Positions 8,778 through 18,783 of a stretch of DNA of 64,000 nt are shown one piece after another (position 1 is the stretch's first letter; every line of letters starts with the position of its first letter). The translations under genes and the position numbers were made by a program. Source of the stretch: Acidobacteriota bacterium (GTDB lineage: Bacteria > Acidobacteriota > Thermoanaerobaculia > UBA5066); contig JADJVE010000006.1 of assembly GCA_016716715.1 (NCBI GenBank), positions 129,259-193,258 of the forward strand, written 5' to 3'. The notes below the pieces were generated by a model. That model made no database searches, was not told the origin of the DNA, and saw only the letters and a program-made list of their open reading frames with translations.

Positions 8778-10763
8778 ATGGCTTCGTACGCGGGCAGCGC
8801 CGCCCTTTCGCCGGAGGCGCGGGACAAGGTCCTCCAGACCTTCCGGCACACCCTTTCTCTCGCCCAGTCCGGCAAGGCCGACGAGGCCCTTCTCGGCTGC
8901 GACTTCATCCTCAAGATGGACGGCCGCTTCGCTCCGGCCCGGGCGCTCCTGGACGCGCTCCGCACCGCGGCGCCCGGCGCCCCCGTGGACGTCAATCGCT
9001 TCTCGGAGTTCCTCGGATTCGAGAGCGCGGTCGAGGAGCTGCCCGGCTCGGCCGAGCTGCCGGCCGTCCCGAAGGCGCCGCCCGCGCCGCCCCTCCGCGA
9101 CGCGTTCCCCGGGGCGGCCCCGTCCGCCCCCCAGGGCGCCATGGACGACCTCGTCTTCGGCGACGAGGCCGCGCCCCGGGCCCCGGCGGCTCCTCCGACG
9201 CCGCCACCCGCGCCCGCCGTGCCGCCGCCGCCCTCGTTCGCCCCCGTTGCCGGCAGCGACCCGTTCGCCGGTCTCGACGACCTGAGCCTCGGCGGAAGCG
9301 GGAATTCGCTGGTCGGCGCGCCCCTCGAAGCCCCCGCCTCCTTCGCGCCCGGCGCGCCGCCGCCGATGCCCGCTCCGGCACCGGAACCCGGGCCGGCGGA
9401 CGCACCCGCGGCGCCCGAGGCCAAGCCGGCCGCCGCGCCGCGCCCCATGTCCGGCGCCGGCGGCCAGGTCGACGCGCGCATCACGCAGTTCCTCAAGCAG
9501 GGCGACGAGGCCTTCGCGCGCGGCAACGCGCAGGAGGCGATCGACCTCTGGAGCCGGGTCTTCCTCATCGACCTCTCGAACGAGGAAGCCTCGCGGCGCA
9601 TCGATTCGGCGCGGGAAGCGCAGGCCGAGACGGCCCGCAAGATCGACATGCTCCTCTCCGAGGGCGTCCAGTCGTACGAAGCGGGCGACCTCGCGGGGGC
9701 GCGCAACAAGTTCCTCGACGTTCTCGCGCTCTCCGAGCACGACGCGACGGCCCGCGGCTACCTGAACCAGATCGAGGCCGCGCTCTCGACGCCCGGAGCG
9801 GGCGGCGCGCCCGCGTCTACCTCGACGCCCGACTCGGACTTCATGCGGAACGAGATCGAGGCGCCGCACGCCCCGTCGTTCGCCGACGACGTTTCGCCGA
9901 TCGAAGACGGCATGTCCGCCTCGGGGTCCATCCCGGAGCGCGCGACGCTCCCGAAGGTCAAGAGCCGCGTCGACCTGCGCGTCCTCCTCGCCGCCGGCCT
10001 CGTTCTCCTCGCCGTCGTCGGCGCGGGGACGTACTGGTTCCTGCGCCGAAACCGCCCGGCGCCCGCGACGGCCGCAGGCCCCGGCGCCCCGAAGACCGGC
10101 GGCCCCGTGCGGCCCGCCGACGACGCGTTCCTGAAAGCGCAGGCGCTCTTCGACGCCGGCAAGATCGACGACGCGATCGGCATCCTCGTGAAGATCCCCG
10201 ACGCGGACCCGCGCCACAACGAGGCCCTCGTCCGGATCGAGAAGATGAAGTCCTCCGCGGCGCCCACCCCCGCGCCGGCCGCGCCGAGCGATGCGGCGCT
10301 CGACGAGATGCGCGTCGCGGGCTTCGCCGCGATCGCCTCGAGCCGCTACATCGACGCCGTCAAGAACCTCGATCCCGTCGTGAAGACGCGCCCGCAGGAC
10401 GCGGAGGCCGCGGCCGCTCTCAGGAAAGCCCTCGAGCAGGTCGCCGCGCTCTCGAGCGCGGTCCGGTCTTACAACGAGGGCGACTACGAGAGCGCGATCA
10501 AGCTCCTCTGGGAAGCCCGCAAGGGCGACGCGAAGAACCAGGACGTCGAGGAGTACCTCGTGAACGCCTACGTGAACGCGGCGATCCAGGCCCTCCAGGC
10601 CGGGAACATGGCGAAGGCCCTGGCCGCCCTCAAGGAGGCCACGGAGCTGCGGCCAGGCGACGCCGACGCCCAGAGGCTCCTGCGCTTCGCCCGCAAGTAC
10701 CCGCGCGGCGCCACCGACCTTCTCTCGAAGATCCTCATCAAACACCTCGCCGTCCGGCCCTAG
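8778..10763 (+). CDS. TPR-repeat membrane protein with a Pro/Ala-rich linker (function unknown)
   Basis: The ATG is at MASYAGSAALSPEARDKVLQ. TPR-like helices (FARGNAQEAIDLWSRVFLID, YEAGDLAGARNKFLDVLAL, ALQAGNMAKALAALKEATEL) flank one TM helix (VDLRVLLAAGLVLLAVVGAGTYWFL). There is a proline-rich low-complexity segment. Confidence 0.6.
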   Translation: MASYAGSAALSPEARDKVLQTFRHTLSLAQSGKADEALLGCDFILKMDGRFAPARALLDALRTAAPGAPVDVNRFSEFLGFESAVEELPGSAELPAVPKAPPAPPLRDAFPGAAPSAPQGAMDDLVFGDEAAPRAPAAPPTPPPAPAVPPPPSFAPVAGSDPFAGLDDLSLGGSGNSLVGAPLEAPASFAPGAPPPMPAPAPEPGPADAPAAPEAKPAAAPRPMSGAGGQVDARITQFLKQGDEAFARGNAQEAIDLWSRVFLIDLSNEEASRRIDSAREAQAETARKIDMLLSEGVQSYEAGDLAGARNKFLDVLALSEHDATARGYLNQIEAALSTPGAGGAPASTSTPDSDFMRNEIEAPHAPSFADDVSPIEDGMSASGSIPERATLPKVKSRVDLRVLLAAGLVLLAVVGAGTYWFLRRNRPAPATAAGPGAPKTGGPVRPADDAFLKAQALFDAGKIDDAIGILVKIPDADPRHNEALVRIEKMKSSAAPTPAPAAPSDAALDEMRVAGFAAIASSRYIDAVKNLDPVVKTRPQDAEAAAALRKALEQVAALSSAVRSYNEGDYESAIKLLWEARKGDAKNQDVEEYLVNAYVNAAIQALQAGNMAKALAALKEATELRPGDADAQRLLRFARKYPRGATDLLSKILIKHLAVRP

Positions 10764-10778
10764 ACCGGACCGCCGCAG

Positions 10779-11477
10779 ATGGCCGAGCCGCCGCGCGATC
10801 CCCTCGCCGAGCACCCACTTGCTCCGGAGCCGGAGAGCGGGCGGAAGCGGGCGGCCGGTCGGACGCTGGACCTGTTCGGCGACGCGGCCGAGACTCCGCT
10901 CCACACCGGCGTTCCGCCCCGGGACGAGCCCCGCGCGGCCGCCGAGCCGCCGCGTGAGCGCACGCGGTCGGCGGTCCGCCCCGCCGAAGAGATCCTCGCG
11001 CCGCCGCGGCCCGGCGAGGTCGAGTCCGAGCCCGGCGACGAAGGCCCCCATGCCGTCGCATTCGCGCGCCGCGTCGCGGCGGGGCTCGCGGACCTCCTGA
11101 TCCTCGCGCTCGTCGGAGCGGTCGAGCTCGCCGCGGGCGCGCTCCTTCTCGACCTGCGCTTCCCGCCCGCGGCGTTCGCGCCGCTCGCGGCGTTCCTCTT
11201 CCTCGCGGCGCTCGTCCTCCTCGTCCTCGCGCCGTTCGTCTGGGGCACGACGCCGGGGATGGCGCTCGCGGACCTTCGCATCCGGGCGCGCGACGGCGGA
11301 TCGCCGACCCTCGCCGCGGCGTTCCGGAGGTTCCTCGGCTTCCTGCTGACGGGGGCGCTCGCCGGCGTTCCTCTCCTCGTCGCCGCATTCGACCGCCGCG
11401 GGCGCACGCTCGCGGACCTGCTCTCCGGCACGACGATCGAAGGCGTCGAGGCGCCCGAGCCGGCCGGACAGCCCTAG
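10779..11477 (+). CDS. RDD-family membrane protein
   Basis: Pro/Glu-rich N-terminus, then two TM helices and the RDD motif context (LADLRIRARDG ... RTLADLLSGTTI). Confidence 0.75.
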   Translation: MAEPPRDPLAEHPLAPEPESGRKRAAGRTLDLFGDAAETPLHTGVPPRDEPRAAAEPPRERTRSAVRPAEEILAPPRPGEVESEPGDEGPHAVAFARRVAAGLADLLILALVGAVELAAGALLLDLRFPPAAFAPLAAFLFLAALVLLVLAPFVWGTTPGMALADLRIRARDGGSPTLAAAFRRFLGFLLTGALAGVPLLVAAFDRRGRTLADLLSGTTIEGVEAPEPAGQP

Positions 11478-11485
11478 GGGGCCGC

Positions 11486-13180
11486 GTGCGGCTCGCCCTC
11501 GGCCAGATCGATACGACCATCGGGGACTTCGCGGGCAACGCCGCGAAGATCGAGGCGGTTCTGGCGCGCGCCGAGGAGGCCGGCGCCGACCTCGCCGCCG
11601 TCCCCGAGCTCGCGCTCTGCGGCTACCCGCCGCGCGACCTCCTCGAGCGCCCGTCATTCCAGCGCGAGGCCGCGCGGGCTCTCGCCGCGCTCGCGAAGAG
11701 GACGAAGGGCACCGCGCTCCTCGTCGGCACGTTCGTCCCGAATCGCAAGAAGACGGGCAAGCCGTTCCACAACGTCGCCGCCCTCCTCCACCGCGGGCGC
11801 GTGCGCATCCTCGCGAAGAAGACTCTTCTCCCGACGTACGACGTCTTCGACGAGGGGCGCTGGTTCGAGCCGGGCGCCGGTTGCGCCGTCGTTCCCTTCC
11901 GCGGCGAGAGGCTCGGACTGCCGGTCTGCGAGGACCTCTGGAACGACAAGGACTTCTGGCGCGCGCGCCGCCTCTACCACGAGGATCCGGGCGAGGCGCT
12001 CGTCCGGCGCGGGGCGACGCTCATCGTCTCGATCTCCGCATCGCCGTTCTCCGAAGGCAAGGCACGGCTGCGCCGCCGGATGCTCGCGCGTTACGCCCGG
12101 GACGGCCGCGTGAGCGTCGCGTATCTGAACCTCGTCGGCGGCAACGACGAGCTCGTCTTCGACGGAGGGTCGATGGTGCTCGACGACCGCGGCCGCGTCG
12201 GCGCGCGCGCGGCGCTCTTCGAGGAGGACCTCCTCGTCGCGGACGTCGTGCGCGCAGCGGACGGCCGCGCGCGGGTCGTCCCCGTGTCGGGCGGCGTTCC
12301 GGCGGACTCCGGCGACGACGCCGGGGGCGAGCCGCTCGAATCCCTCCGCCGCGCGCTCGTCCTCGGGATCCGCGACTACGCGTGGAAGTGCGGGTTCCGG
12401 AAGGCCGTCCTCGGCCTTTCGGGCGGGATCGACTCGGCGCTCGTCGCGGCGCTCGCCGTCGACGCGCTCGGGAAGGAGAACGTCACGGGTCTCGGGATGC
12501 CTTCTCCGTATTCGTCGGAGGGCTCGGTCGCGGACGCGCGCGCGCTCGCCGGGAACCTCGGAATCCGCTTCGAGGTGCTGCCGATCGGGAGGCTCTTCGA
12601 GGACGCCAGGGCCGCGCTCCAACCCGTGTTCGCGGGGCGCCCCGAGGACGTCGCGGAGGAGAACGTCCAGTCGCGCCTCCGCGGGCTTCTCGTGATGGGT
12701 TTCTCGAACAAGCGGGGCGCGCTCGTCCTGACGACCGGGAACAAGAGCGAGCTCGCCGTCGGCTACTGCACGCTCTACGGCGACATGTGCGGCGGCCTCG
12801 CGCCGATCTCGGACCTCCCGAAGATGCGCGTCTACGCGCTCGCGCGGCATCTCAACGCGCGCGCCGGCCGCGACCTCATTCCGCTCGCCTCGCTCGAGAA
12901 ACCGCCCTCCGCCGAGCTTCGGCCCGGCCAGACGGACCAGGACTCGCTGCCGCCGTACCCCGTCCTCGACGCGATCCTCGAGGGGCTCGTGGAGCGCAAC
13001 CTCACGCTCGACGCGACCGCGCGCGCCACCGGCGCCCCGCGCGCGCTCGTGGAGCGGATCGCGCGGATGATGGATCTCTCCGAGTACAAGCGCCGGCAAG
13101 CCGCGCCGGGCCTGAAGGTCTCGGCGAAGGCGTTCGGCACCGGGCGCCGCGTGCCGATCGCCCAGAGGTCGCCGCTTTGA
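11486..13180 (+). CDS. nadE: Glutamine-dependent NAD+ synthetase
   Basis: N-terminal nitrilase/CN-hydrolase domain (MRLALGQIDTTIGDFAGN... CEDLW) plus a C-terminal NAD synthase PP-loop (LGLSGGIDSALVAAL). 564 aa. Confidence 0.9.
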   Translation: MRLALGQIDTTIGDFAGNAAKIEAVLARAEEAGADLAAVPELALCGYPPRDLLERPSFQREAARALAALAKRTKGTALLVGTFVPNRKKTGKPFHNVAALLHRGRVRILAKKTLLPTYDVFDEGRWFEPGAGCAVVPFRGERLGLPVCEDLWNDKDFWRARRLYHEDPGEALVRRGATLIVSISASPFSEGKARLRRRMLARYARDGRVSVAYLNLVGGNDELVFDGGSMVLDDRGRVGARAALFEEDLLVADVVRAADGRARVVPVSGGVPADSGDDAGGEPLESLRRALVLGIRDYAWKCGFRKAVLGLSGGIDSALVAALAVDALGKENVTGLGMPSPYSSEGSVADARALAGNLGIRFEVLPIGRLFEDARAALQPVFAGRPEDVAEENVQSRLRGLLVMGFSNKRGALVLTTGNKSELAVGYCTLYGDMCGGLAPISDLPKMRVYALARHLNARAGRDLIPLASLEKPPSAELRPGQTDQDSLPPYPVLDAILEGLVERNLTLDATARATGAPRALVERIARMMDLSEYKRRQAAPGLKVSAKAFGTGRRVPIAQRSPL

Positions 13181-13875
13181 GCTCCGCGGCAGCGGGAGAG
13201 CCGACGTATCCCTGGAAGGAGATTCCGGGGTCGTCGCACGTCATCCTCCTCGAAAGGGTGCTGGCACGGGGAAGGGGCCTTGCGGTTCTCGACCTCGGGT
13301 TCGGGGCCGGCCACTTCGGGGAGCGCATTCGTCCGGCGTGTCGCTACCTCGCGGGCATCGAGCTCGACCCGCGCGCGGCCGCGGAAGGCGCCCGGTTCTT
13401 CGACGACGCCGTAACGGGCGACATCTTCGAAGGAATCTCGACGCCCTGGAAGGAGCCGTTCGACGTCATCGTCGCGGGCGACGTCCTCGAGCATCTCCCC
13501 CGCCCTGGCGAACTCCTCTCGGCGCTCAAGCCGCTGCTGAAATCCGACGGAACGCTCCTCGTCTCGCTCCCGAACGTCGCAAACGTCACGGTGCGCGCCG
13601 CGCTCCTCGCGGGCCGCTTCCCGTACGCGGATCGCGGGATCCTCGACCGCACGCACGTGCGCTTCTACACGCGCGCCTCGGCCCGCGGCCTCCTCGAGGG
13701 CTCGGGGCTGCGGATCGGCTGGGAGACGGCGACCGCGATGCCCGTCGAGCTCGCGCTCCCGGCGCTCGGGACGCCTCCGCTTGCCGGGCCCGTCCGCGCC
13801 GGCGCGCGCCTCCTCGCGGCCGCCTGGCCGACTCTCTTCGGATACCAGTTCGTCTTCGAGGCGGCCCCCGCGTGA
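13177..13875 (+). CDS. Class I SAM-dependent methyltransferase
   Basis: SAM-binding motif VLDLGFGAGHFG and DVIVAGDVLEHL. The start is uncertain. I chose TTG 13177, which overlaps the nadE stop (TTGA); there is no ATG before the SAM motif. Confidence 0.65.
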   Translation: MSSAAAGEPTYPWKEIPGSSHVILLERVLARGRGLAVLDLGFGAGHFGERIRPACRYLAGIELDPRAAAEGARFFDDAVTGDIFEGISTPWKEPFDVIVAGDVLEHLPRPGELLSALKPLLKSDGTLLVSLPNVANVTVRAALLAGRFPYADRGILDRTHVRFYTRASARGLLEGSGLRIGWETATAMPVELALPALGTPPLAGPVRAGARLLAAAWPTLFGYQFVFEAAPA

Positions 13876-14648
13876 GCGCCGGCGCCCTCGACACCCGGAC
13901 ACGGCGGGAGGCCGCGCCGTCGCGCAGCGCCGTCGACCTCACGATCGTGATCCCCGCGTACAACGAGGAGGCTCGGCTGCCCGCCTCCCTCGGCACGATC
14001 GCGGCATACCTCTCGGCCCGGGCTTCCGCGCCGCGGATCGAGGTCCTCGTCGTGGACGACGGTTCCTCCGACGCGACGGGACCGCGCGCCGAGGAGGCCG
14101 CGCGGCGGCACGCCCTTCCCCTGCGCCTCCTGCGCCTCGCGGAGAACCGCGGCAAGGGCGCCGCGGTGCGCGCGGGCTGCCTCGAGGCGGCCGGCGCGCT
14201 CGTCCTCGTGTCGGACGCCGACTTCTCGACGCCGGTCTACGAGTGGGAGAAGCTCGCCGCGTCCGGCGCACCCGTCGCGATCGGCTCGCGCGCCCTCGAC
14301 GAGGCGCTCGTCAAGGAGAAGCAGCCCTTCTTCCGGCAGGCCATGGGCAAGCTCTTCAACCGGCTCGTCCGTCTCGTCGCCGTGCCGGGCATCCACGACA
14401 CGCAGTGCGGCTTCAAGCTCTTCACGCGCGAGGCCGCGCGCGAGATCTTCTCGCGCGCGAAGGTGGACCGCTTCGCGTACGACGTCGAGGCGCTCCTCCT
14501 CGCGCGGCAGCTCGGGTACGCGATCGCCGAGGTGCCCGTCCTCTGGTTCAACTCGGCCGACTCGCGCGTGACGCTCCTCGGCGGCGCCCAGGCGTACTGG
14601 GACGTCCTCCGGATCCGCTTCACGACGCGCGCGCGGCGCGTCAGCTGA
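13872..14648 (+). CDS. Family 2 glycosyltransferase (dolichyl/polyprenyl-phosphate glycosyltransferase-like)
   Basis: The GTG start overlaps the upstream stop (GTGA). GT2 motifs are present: DLTIVIPAYNEE, EVLVVDDGSSD, LVSDADFSTP, TQCGFKLF. The longer ORF 13338..14648 is antisense-style junk before this point. Confidence 0.8.
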   Translation: MSAGALDTRTRREAAPSRSAVDLTIVIPAYNEEARLPASLGTIAAYLSARASAPRIEVLVVDDGSSDATGPRAEEAARRHALPLRLLRLAENRGKGAAVRAGCLEAAGALVLVSDADFSTPVYEWEKLAASGAPVAIGSRALDEALVKEKQPFFRQAMGKLFNRLVRLVAVPGIHDTQCGFKLFTREAAREIFSRAKVDRFAYDVEALLLARQLGYAIAEVPVLWFNSADSRVTLLGGAQAYWDVLRIRFTTRARRVS

Positions 14649-14940
14649 GGCGCCTGAGGAGCGGCAGGGCCGCGAGCGCGAGGAGCGCCGCAAGCGCGAG
14701 GCGTCCGGCGCCGCCGACCGCCGGGACGTCCGGCACGGACATGTCGAGGCCCGGGTCCGGCCCCGCCGCGTAGGCCGCGAGGATCGCCGGTGAGGCCGAC
14801 CCGCACGCGCCGTCCAGCAGCAGGACGTCGTACGCCCCTGCCGCCGGCGCGGCCCCTACGGGCGCGTGCGTGAAGAGCGCCGAGGGCCCTCCCGGCAGCG
14901 TCGTCGAGAGCACCGCCGTCCCGCCGAACGGCGCCCCCAC
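14641..14940 (-). other. Possible displaced C-terminal segment of the PT-linker protein (ends ..GGAGRLALAALLALAALPLLRRLS, sorting-signal-like)
   Basis: A short ORF in a different frame immediately 3' of the PT-repeat gene. It ends with a hydrophobic helix plus Arg-rich tail, reminiscent of a C-terminal sorting/anchor signal. This would be consistent with a frameshift inside the repetitive PT-coding DNA. Confidence 0.3.
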
Positions 14941-14977
14941 CGCCCAGGTCCCATTCGGGACGAGCGCGAGGCACGCC

Positions 14978-16084
14978 TCAAGCCCCGCGACAGGAACCTG
15001 TCCCGACGCATGGATCGTCCCGCCTGGCGCCGGCTTCGGCCCGTCGATCCCGACGGCCCCGCCAGGCGGCAGCGGCGTCCGCGTCGACGTCGGCGTGACC
15101 GTCGGCGTCGCCGTGGACGTGAAGGTCGACGTCGCGGTCGACGTGGGCGTCGGGGTCGCGGTCGGGGTCGCGGTCGGAGTCGCGGGTCGGAGTCGGCGTC
15201 GGCGTCGGCGTCGGTGTCGGCGTCGGCGTCGGCGTTGGCGTGGACGTCGCCGTGAACGTGGACGTCGCCGTGAACGTGGACGTCGCCGTGAAGGTGAGCG
15301 TCGGTGTCGGTGTCGGCGTCCGCGTGGGCGTCACCGTCACGGTTGGCGTGCGTGTGAACGTCGGCGTGATCGTGAGTGTCGGCGTTCTCGTCGACGTGCG
15401 CGTCGGCGTAGGGGTCGGCGTCACGCAGATCGCCGTCGCCGTCGCGACGATCGCATTGCCCGCGTCGCGGATGTTCACCGTGATGGTCCCGGAGAGGCCG
15501 TTGATGGTGAGGACGAGGTTCTGCCCCGCGTTGAGTTTGAAGGTGCCGTTCGTCAGGAACACGCCGTTCTGGAGGATCTCCCACGTCCAGTTCACCGTCA
15601 TGCTGCCGCCGACGTTCGTGATCGTGAAGGAGGAATTCAGCGCGTTGTCGCACGTTCCGGTGACCGTGACGTTCGGCGGCACGGGCGTCGGCGTGAAGGT
15701 CCGCGTCGGGGTCGGGGTCGGCGTCACGCAGATCGCCGTCGCCGTCGCGACGATCGCATTGCCCGCGTCGCGGATGTTTACCGCAATGGTCCCGGAGAGG
15801 CCGTTGATGGTGAGGACGAGGTTCTGCCCCGCGTTGAGTTTGAAGGTGCCGTTCGTCAGGAACACGCCGTTCTGGAGGATCTCCCACGTCCAGTTCACCG
15901 TCATGCTGCCGCCGACGTTCGTGATCGTGAAGGAGGAATTCAGCGCGTTGTCGCACGTTCCGGTGACCATGACGTTCGGCGGCACCGGAGTGGGCGTGGG
16001 GGTCTGGCCGCTCGCGCGGGTCGCCGGGAGAAACGCGGCGGCCAGCGCTCCCGCCAGGAGCAGGATTTTCGGCGCCCGCGTCAC
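14978..16084 (-). CDS. Secreted protein with two tandem, nearly identical ~100-aa domains followed by a Pro-Thr-rich linker; probably frameshifted or truncated
   Basis: Signal peptide MTRAPKILLLAGALAAAFLPATRASG. Domain 1 and domain 2 (TGTCDNALNSSFTITNVGGSMTVNWTWEILQNGVFLTNGTFKLNAGQNLVLTINGLSGTI.VNIRDAGNAIVATATAICV) are about 99% identical. Then come TPTPTPT linkers. The tail RDSDRDPDRDPD.. looks like out-of-frame translation of the PT repeats. Confidence 0.6.
   Translation of the reverse strand: MTRAPKILLLAGALAAAFLPATRASGQTPTPTPVPPNVMVTGTCDNALNSSFTITNVGGSMTVNWTWEILQNGVFLTNGTFKLNAGQNLVLTINGLSGTIAVNIRDAGNAIVATATAICVTPTPTPTRTFTPTPVPPNVTVTGTCDNALNSSFTITNVGGSMTVNWTWEILQNGVFLTNGTFKLNAGQNLVLTINGLSGTITVNIRDAGNAIVATATAICVTPTPTPTRTSTRTPTLTITPTFTRTPTVTVTPTRTPTPTPTLTFTATSTFTATSTFTATSTPTPTPTPTPTPTPTPTPTRDSDRDPDRDPDAHVDRDVDLHVHGDADGHADVDADAAAAWRGRRDRRAEAGARRDDPCVGTGSCRGA
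15419..16003. repeat. Direct tandem duplication, 2 x about 303 bp (>97% identical), embedded in short PT-coding microsatellite-like repeats (about 15060-15420)
   Basis: GTCACGCAGATCGCCGTCGCCGTCGCGACGATCGCATTGCCCGCGTCGCGGATGTT... occurs at about 15419 and again at about 15722 with only a few substitutions. The unit length is a multiple of 3, so it keeps the reading frame. Confidence 0.85.
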
Positions 16085-16102
16085 GAGACCGCGGACTCTA
16101 CC

Positions 16103-17389
16103 TCAGAGTCCGTAGAGCGGAAACGCCGACGTGAGCTCGCGCACCTTCGCCTTCACGCGCGCCTGAACGGCGGCGTCCTCGGGCACGGCGAGGACCTCGG
16201 CGATGAGCCCGCCGATCGCCTTCATCTCACCCTCGCCCATGCCCCGCGTCGTGACGGCCGGCGTCCCGATGCGCAGGCCCGACGTCACCATGGGCGGGTT
16301 CGGGTCGAACGGGATCGCGTTCTTGTTCACGGTGATCCCGGCGGCGTCCAGCGCCTTCTCCGCGACCTTGCCCGTGAGGTTCTTCTTCCCCACGTCCACG
16401 AGGAAGAGGTGGTTGTCCGTCCCGCCCGACACGAGGCGGAAACCCTCCGCGGCAACGCTCGCCGCGAGGGCCTTCGCGTTCGCGACGACCTGCCGCTGGT
16501 AGGCCGCGAACTCGGGCGTCGCCGCCTCGCGGAGCGCGACGGCTTTCCCGGCGATGACGTGCTCGAGCGGCCCGCCCTGGATTCCCGGGAAGACGGCCTT
16601 GTCGACTTCCTTCGCCCACTCCGGCGTGCAGAGGATCAGGCCCGCACGCGGGCCGCGGAGCGTCTTGTGCGTCGTCGTCGTCACGAAGTGCGCGTGGCCC
16701 ACCGGAGAGGGATGGACGCCTGCCGCAACGAGGCCGGCGATGTGCGCCATGTCGACCATGAGGAGCGCGCCGACGGAATCCGCGATCGCGCGGAAGCGCG
16801 GGAAGTCGAGCGTGCGCGGATAGGCGGAGGCGCCCGCGATGATGAGTTTCGGCTTTTCGGCCGCCGCCGTCGCCGCGAAGGCGTCCCAGTCGATCGTTTC
16901 GGTGTCCTTCGAGACGCCGTAGGAGACGACGCGATAGAGCTTGCCGGAGATCGACAGCGGGTGGCCGTGCGTGAGGTGCCCGCCGTGCGCGAGCGACATC
17001 CCGAGGATCGTGTCGCCGGGCTTGAGACACGCGATGTAGACGGCGGTGTTCGCCTGCGAGCCCGCGTGCGGCTGGACGTTCGCGTGGATCGCATCCGGGT
17101 TGCCCGGGGAGAACAGGGCCTTCGCGCGTGCGATCGCGAGGGACTCGGCCTCGTCCACGTGGACGCAGCCGCCGTAGTAGCGCTTGCCCGGGTAGCCCTC
17201 GGCGTACTTGTTCGTGAGCGTGGAGCCGACGGCCTCCATGACGGCCCGCGACGTGAAGTTCTCCGAGGCGATGAGCTCGATCCCCTCGTTCTGGCGCGCC
17301 GTCTCGGCGGCGACGATGCGGGCGATCTCGGGATCGGCCTCGGCGAGGGAGCGGTTCAGGAGCGAGGCGGGGCGGACGGCGGTCGACAT
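16103..17389 (-). CDS. glyA: Serine hydroxymethyltransferase
   Basis: Full-length SHMT (428 aa) with the PLP-lysine context ([16 protein letters not shown]) and a typical N-terminus ([31 protein letters not shown]). Confidence 0.95.
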   Translation of the reverse strand: MSTAVRPASLLNRSLAEADPEIARIVAAETARQNEGIELIASENFTSRAVMEAVGSTLTNKYAEGYPGKRYYGGCVHVDEAESLAIARAKALFSPGNPDAIHANVQPHAGSQANTAVYIACLKPGDTILGMSLAHGGHLTHGHPLSISGKLYRVVSYGVSKDTETIDWDAFAATAAAEKPKLIIAGASAYPRTLDFPRFRAIADSVGALLMVDMAHIAGLVAAGVHPSPVGHAHFVTTTTHKTLRGPRAGLILCTPEWAKEVDKAVFPGIQGGPLEHVIAGKAVALREAATPEFAAYQRQVVANAKALAASVAAEGFRLVSGGTDNHLFLVDVGKKNLTGKVAEKALDAAGITVNKNAIPFDPNPPMVTSGLRIGTPAVTTRGMGEGEMKAIGGLIAEVLAVPEDAAVQARVKAKVRELTSAFPLYGL

Positions 17390-17411
17390 GGGGTCCTCCG
17401 GAAACGCGATC

Positions 17412-18773
17412 TTACGGCGCGCCGGGCGCGTGGCGCGGGTACGCCGAGAACATCGAGTCGTACTCCGAGAGCGCGTAGCTGTCGGTCATGCCCGCGAGGT
17501 GGTCCGCGATGGAACGCAGGAAGAGCGGCTTTCTGAGGTAGTTCCCCGCGATCTCGGCATCCAGCCGCTTGAGCGGAACGTCCCGGAGGTAGGTCACGCC
17601 CGCGAGGTCGCGGTAGCGCAGGAGGACGTAGTCGGGCAGGAGGCGCGGGTTCCGGTACCACGCCGCGAAGAGCGCCGCCACGACGAGCTGGGCGCGCCCG
17701 TCGTGCTGCGCGACTCGGTGGCTGTGGATGATGTGCTGGTAAATGAACTCCTTGAGCTCCTCGTAGAAGCGCTGCCCCGCCTTCGACGGCGCGACGAGCG
17801 AGCCCGGGAGCTTCCGCCGCTGCGCGTAGAAGTCGTCGGGCGTCTTCACGGACTTCGCCTCGAGCCACTTCCCGATCGCCGTCCGGGAGGACGTGATGAG
17901 GTCCGTGACGAGGAGGTGGATCATCCCGCGGATCAGCATCCCCTGACGCACGGCCTTGTCCGTCGCGCCCGTCCACGCGGGCCCGAGGGCCTCGACGACG
18001 GCCTTCGAGATGGCGAGCCCGAGGACTTTTTCGAAGTCCACGAGCTTCAGACCGTCCTCGAGATCGTGCGCCTGCTGCGCGTACTCGTCGGCCCATGCGA
18101 CGGCCTGGCCTTCGAGGTGGCCGCCCGAGGAGAGGTTCAGCCCTTCGGCGTCCACGTCGGGGAACGGGAAATCCCGCCGCCACGTCGTGTGTTTGAGGAT
18201 CCCTTCGCGCGTGTCGTTCGTGAGGTTCAGGCCCGGGTGTTCGTAGCGTTTCTCGAGGACGTCGACGACGCGCACGGCCTGGTAGTTGTGCTTGAACGCG
18301 CCGACCTGCGCCGCGAGCTTCGCGTCGAGCGGGAACGAGGGCTCGGTGCCCGTGAGAATGCGGTTCAGGACCTTCTCGCCCGAGTGGCCGAACGGCGTGT
18401 GCCCGAGGTCGTGCCCGAGCGCGCAGGCCTCGGCGAGGTCCTCGTTCAGGCCGAGGGCCCGTGCGACCGTCCGCGCGACCTGCGTGACCTCGAGCGTGTG
18501 CGTGAGCCGCGTGCGGTAGTGGTCCCCCTCGAACGGGATGAAGACCTGTGTCTTGTGCTTGAGCCGGCGGAACGCGCGCGAGTGGATGATCCGGTCGCGG
18601 TCCCGCTGGTACTCCGTCCGGTAGTCGTAGGTCTTGCCTTCCTCGGCGACCGGGTAGCGGCGCACGGCGCGCGAGGCGCGCGAGGCGTAGACGGCAAGGC
18701 GCGCGTCTTCCAGCGCCTCGAGGGCCTTCTTGTCGTAGGCGGGGACGAGGCTCTTCGCCGGGCTTTCCGTCAC
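17412..18773 (-). CDS. dgt: dGTP triphosphohydrolase-like HD-domain phosphohydrolase
   Basis: HD motif context ([45 protein letters not shown]). 453 aa. Confidence 0.85.
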   Translation of the reverse strand: MTESPAKSLVPAYDKKALEALEDARLAVYASRASRAVRRYPVAEEGKTYDYRTEYQRDRDRIIHSRAFRRLKHKTQVFIPFEGDHYRTRLTHTLEVTQVARTVARALGLNEDLAEACALGHDLGHTPFGHSGEKVLNRILTGTEPSFPLDAKLAAQVGAFKHNYQAVRVVDVLEKRYEHPGLNLTNDTREGILKHTTWRRDFPFPDVDAEGLNLSSGGHLEGQAVAWADEYAQQAHDLEDGLKLVDFEKVLGLAISKAVVEALGPAWTGATDKAVRQGMLIRGMIHLLVTDLITSSRTAIGKWLEAKSVKTPDDFYAQRRKLPGSLVAPSKAGQRFYEELKEFIYQHIIHSHRVAQHDGRAQLVVAALFAAWYRNPRLLPDYVLLRYRDLAGVTYLRDVPLKRLDAEIAGNYLRKPLFLRSIADHLAGMTDSYALSEYDSMFSAYPRHAPGAP

Positions 18774-18783
18774 GCGTCCGATC

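Noticed and set aside
6390-11657. 1755-aa ORF on the minus strand
   Set aside because: Only the 3' 471 codons (M28 peptidase) look like protein. The remainder is Arg/Gly/Pro-rich, low-complexity antisense of real plus-strand genes (TPR protein, RDD, nadE start). This is typical high-GC stop-codon depletion.
14870-17536. 888-aa plus-strand ORF
   Set aside because: It is antisense to glyA and to the PT-repeat gene and reads as poly-R/G/D junk.
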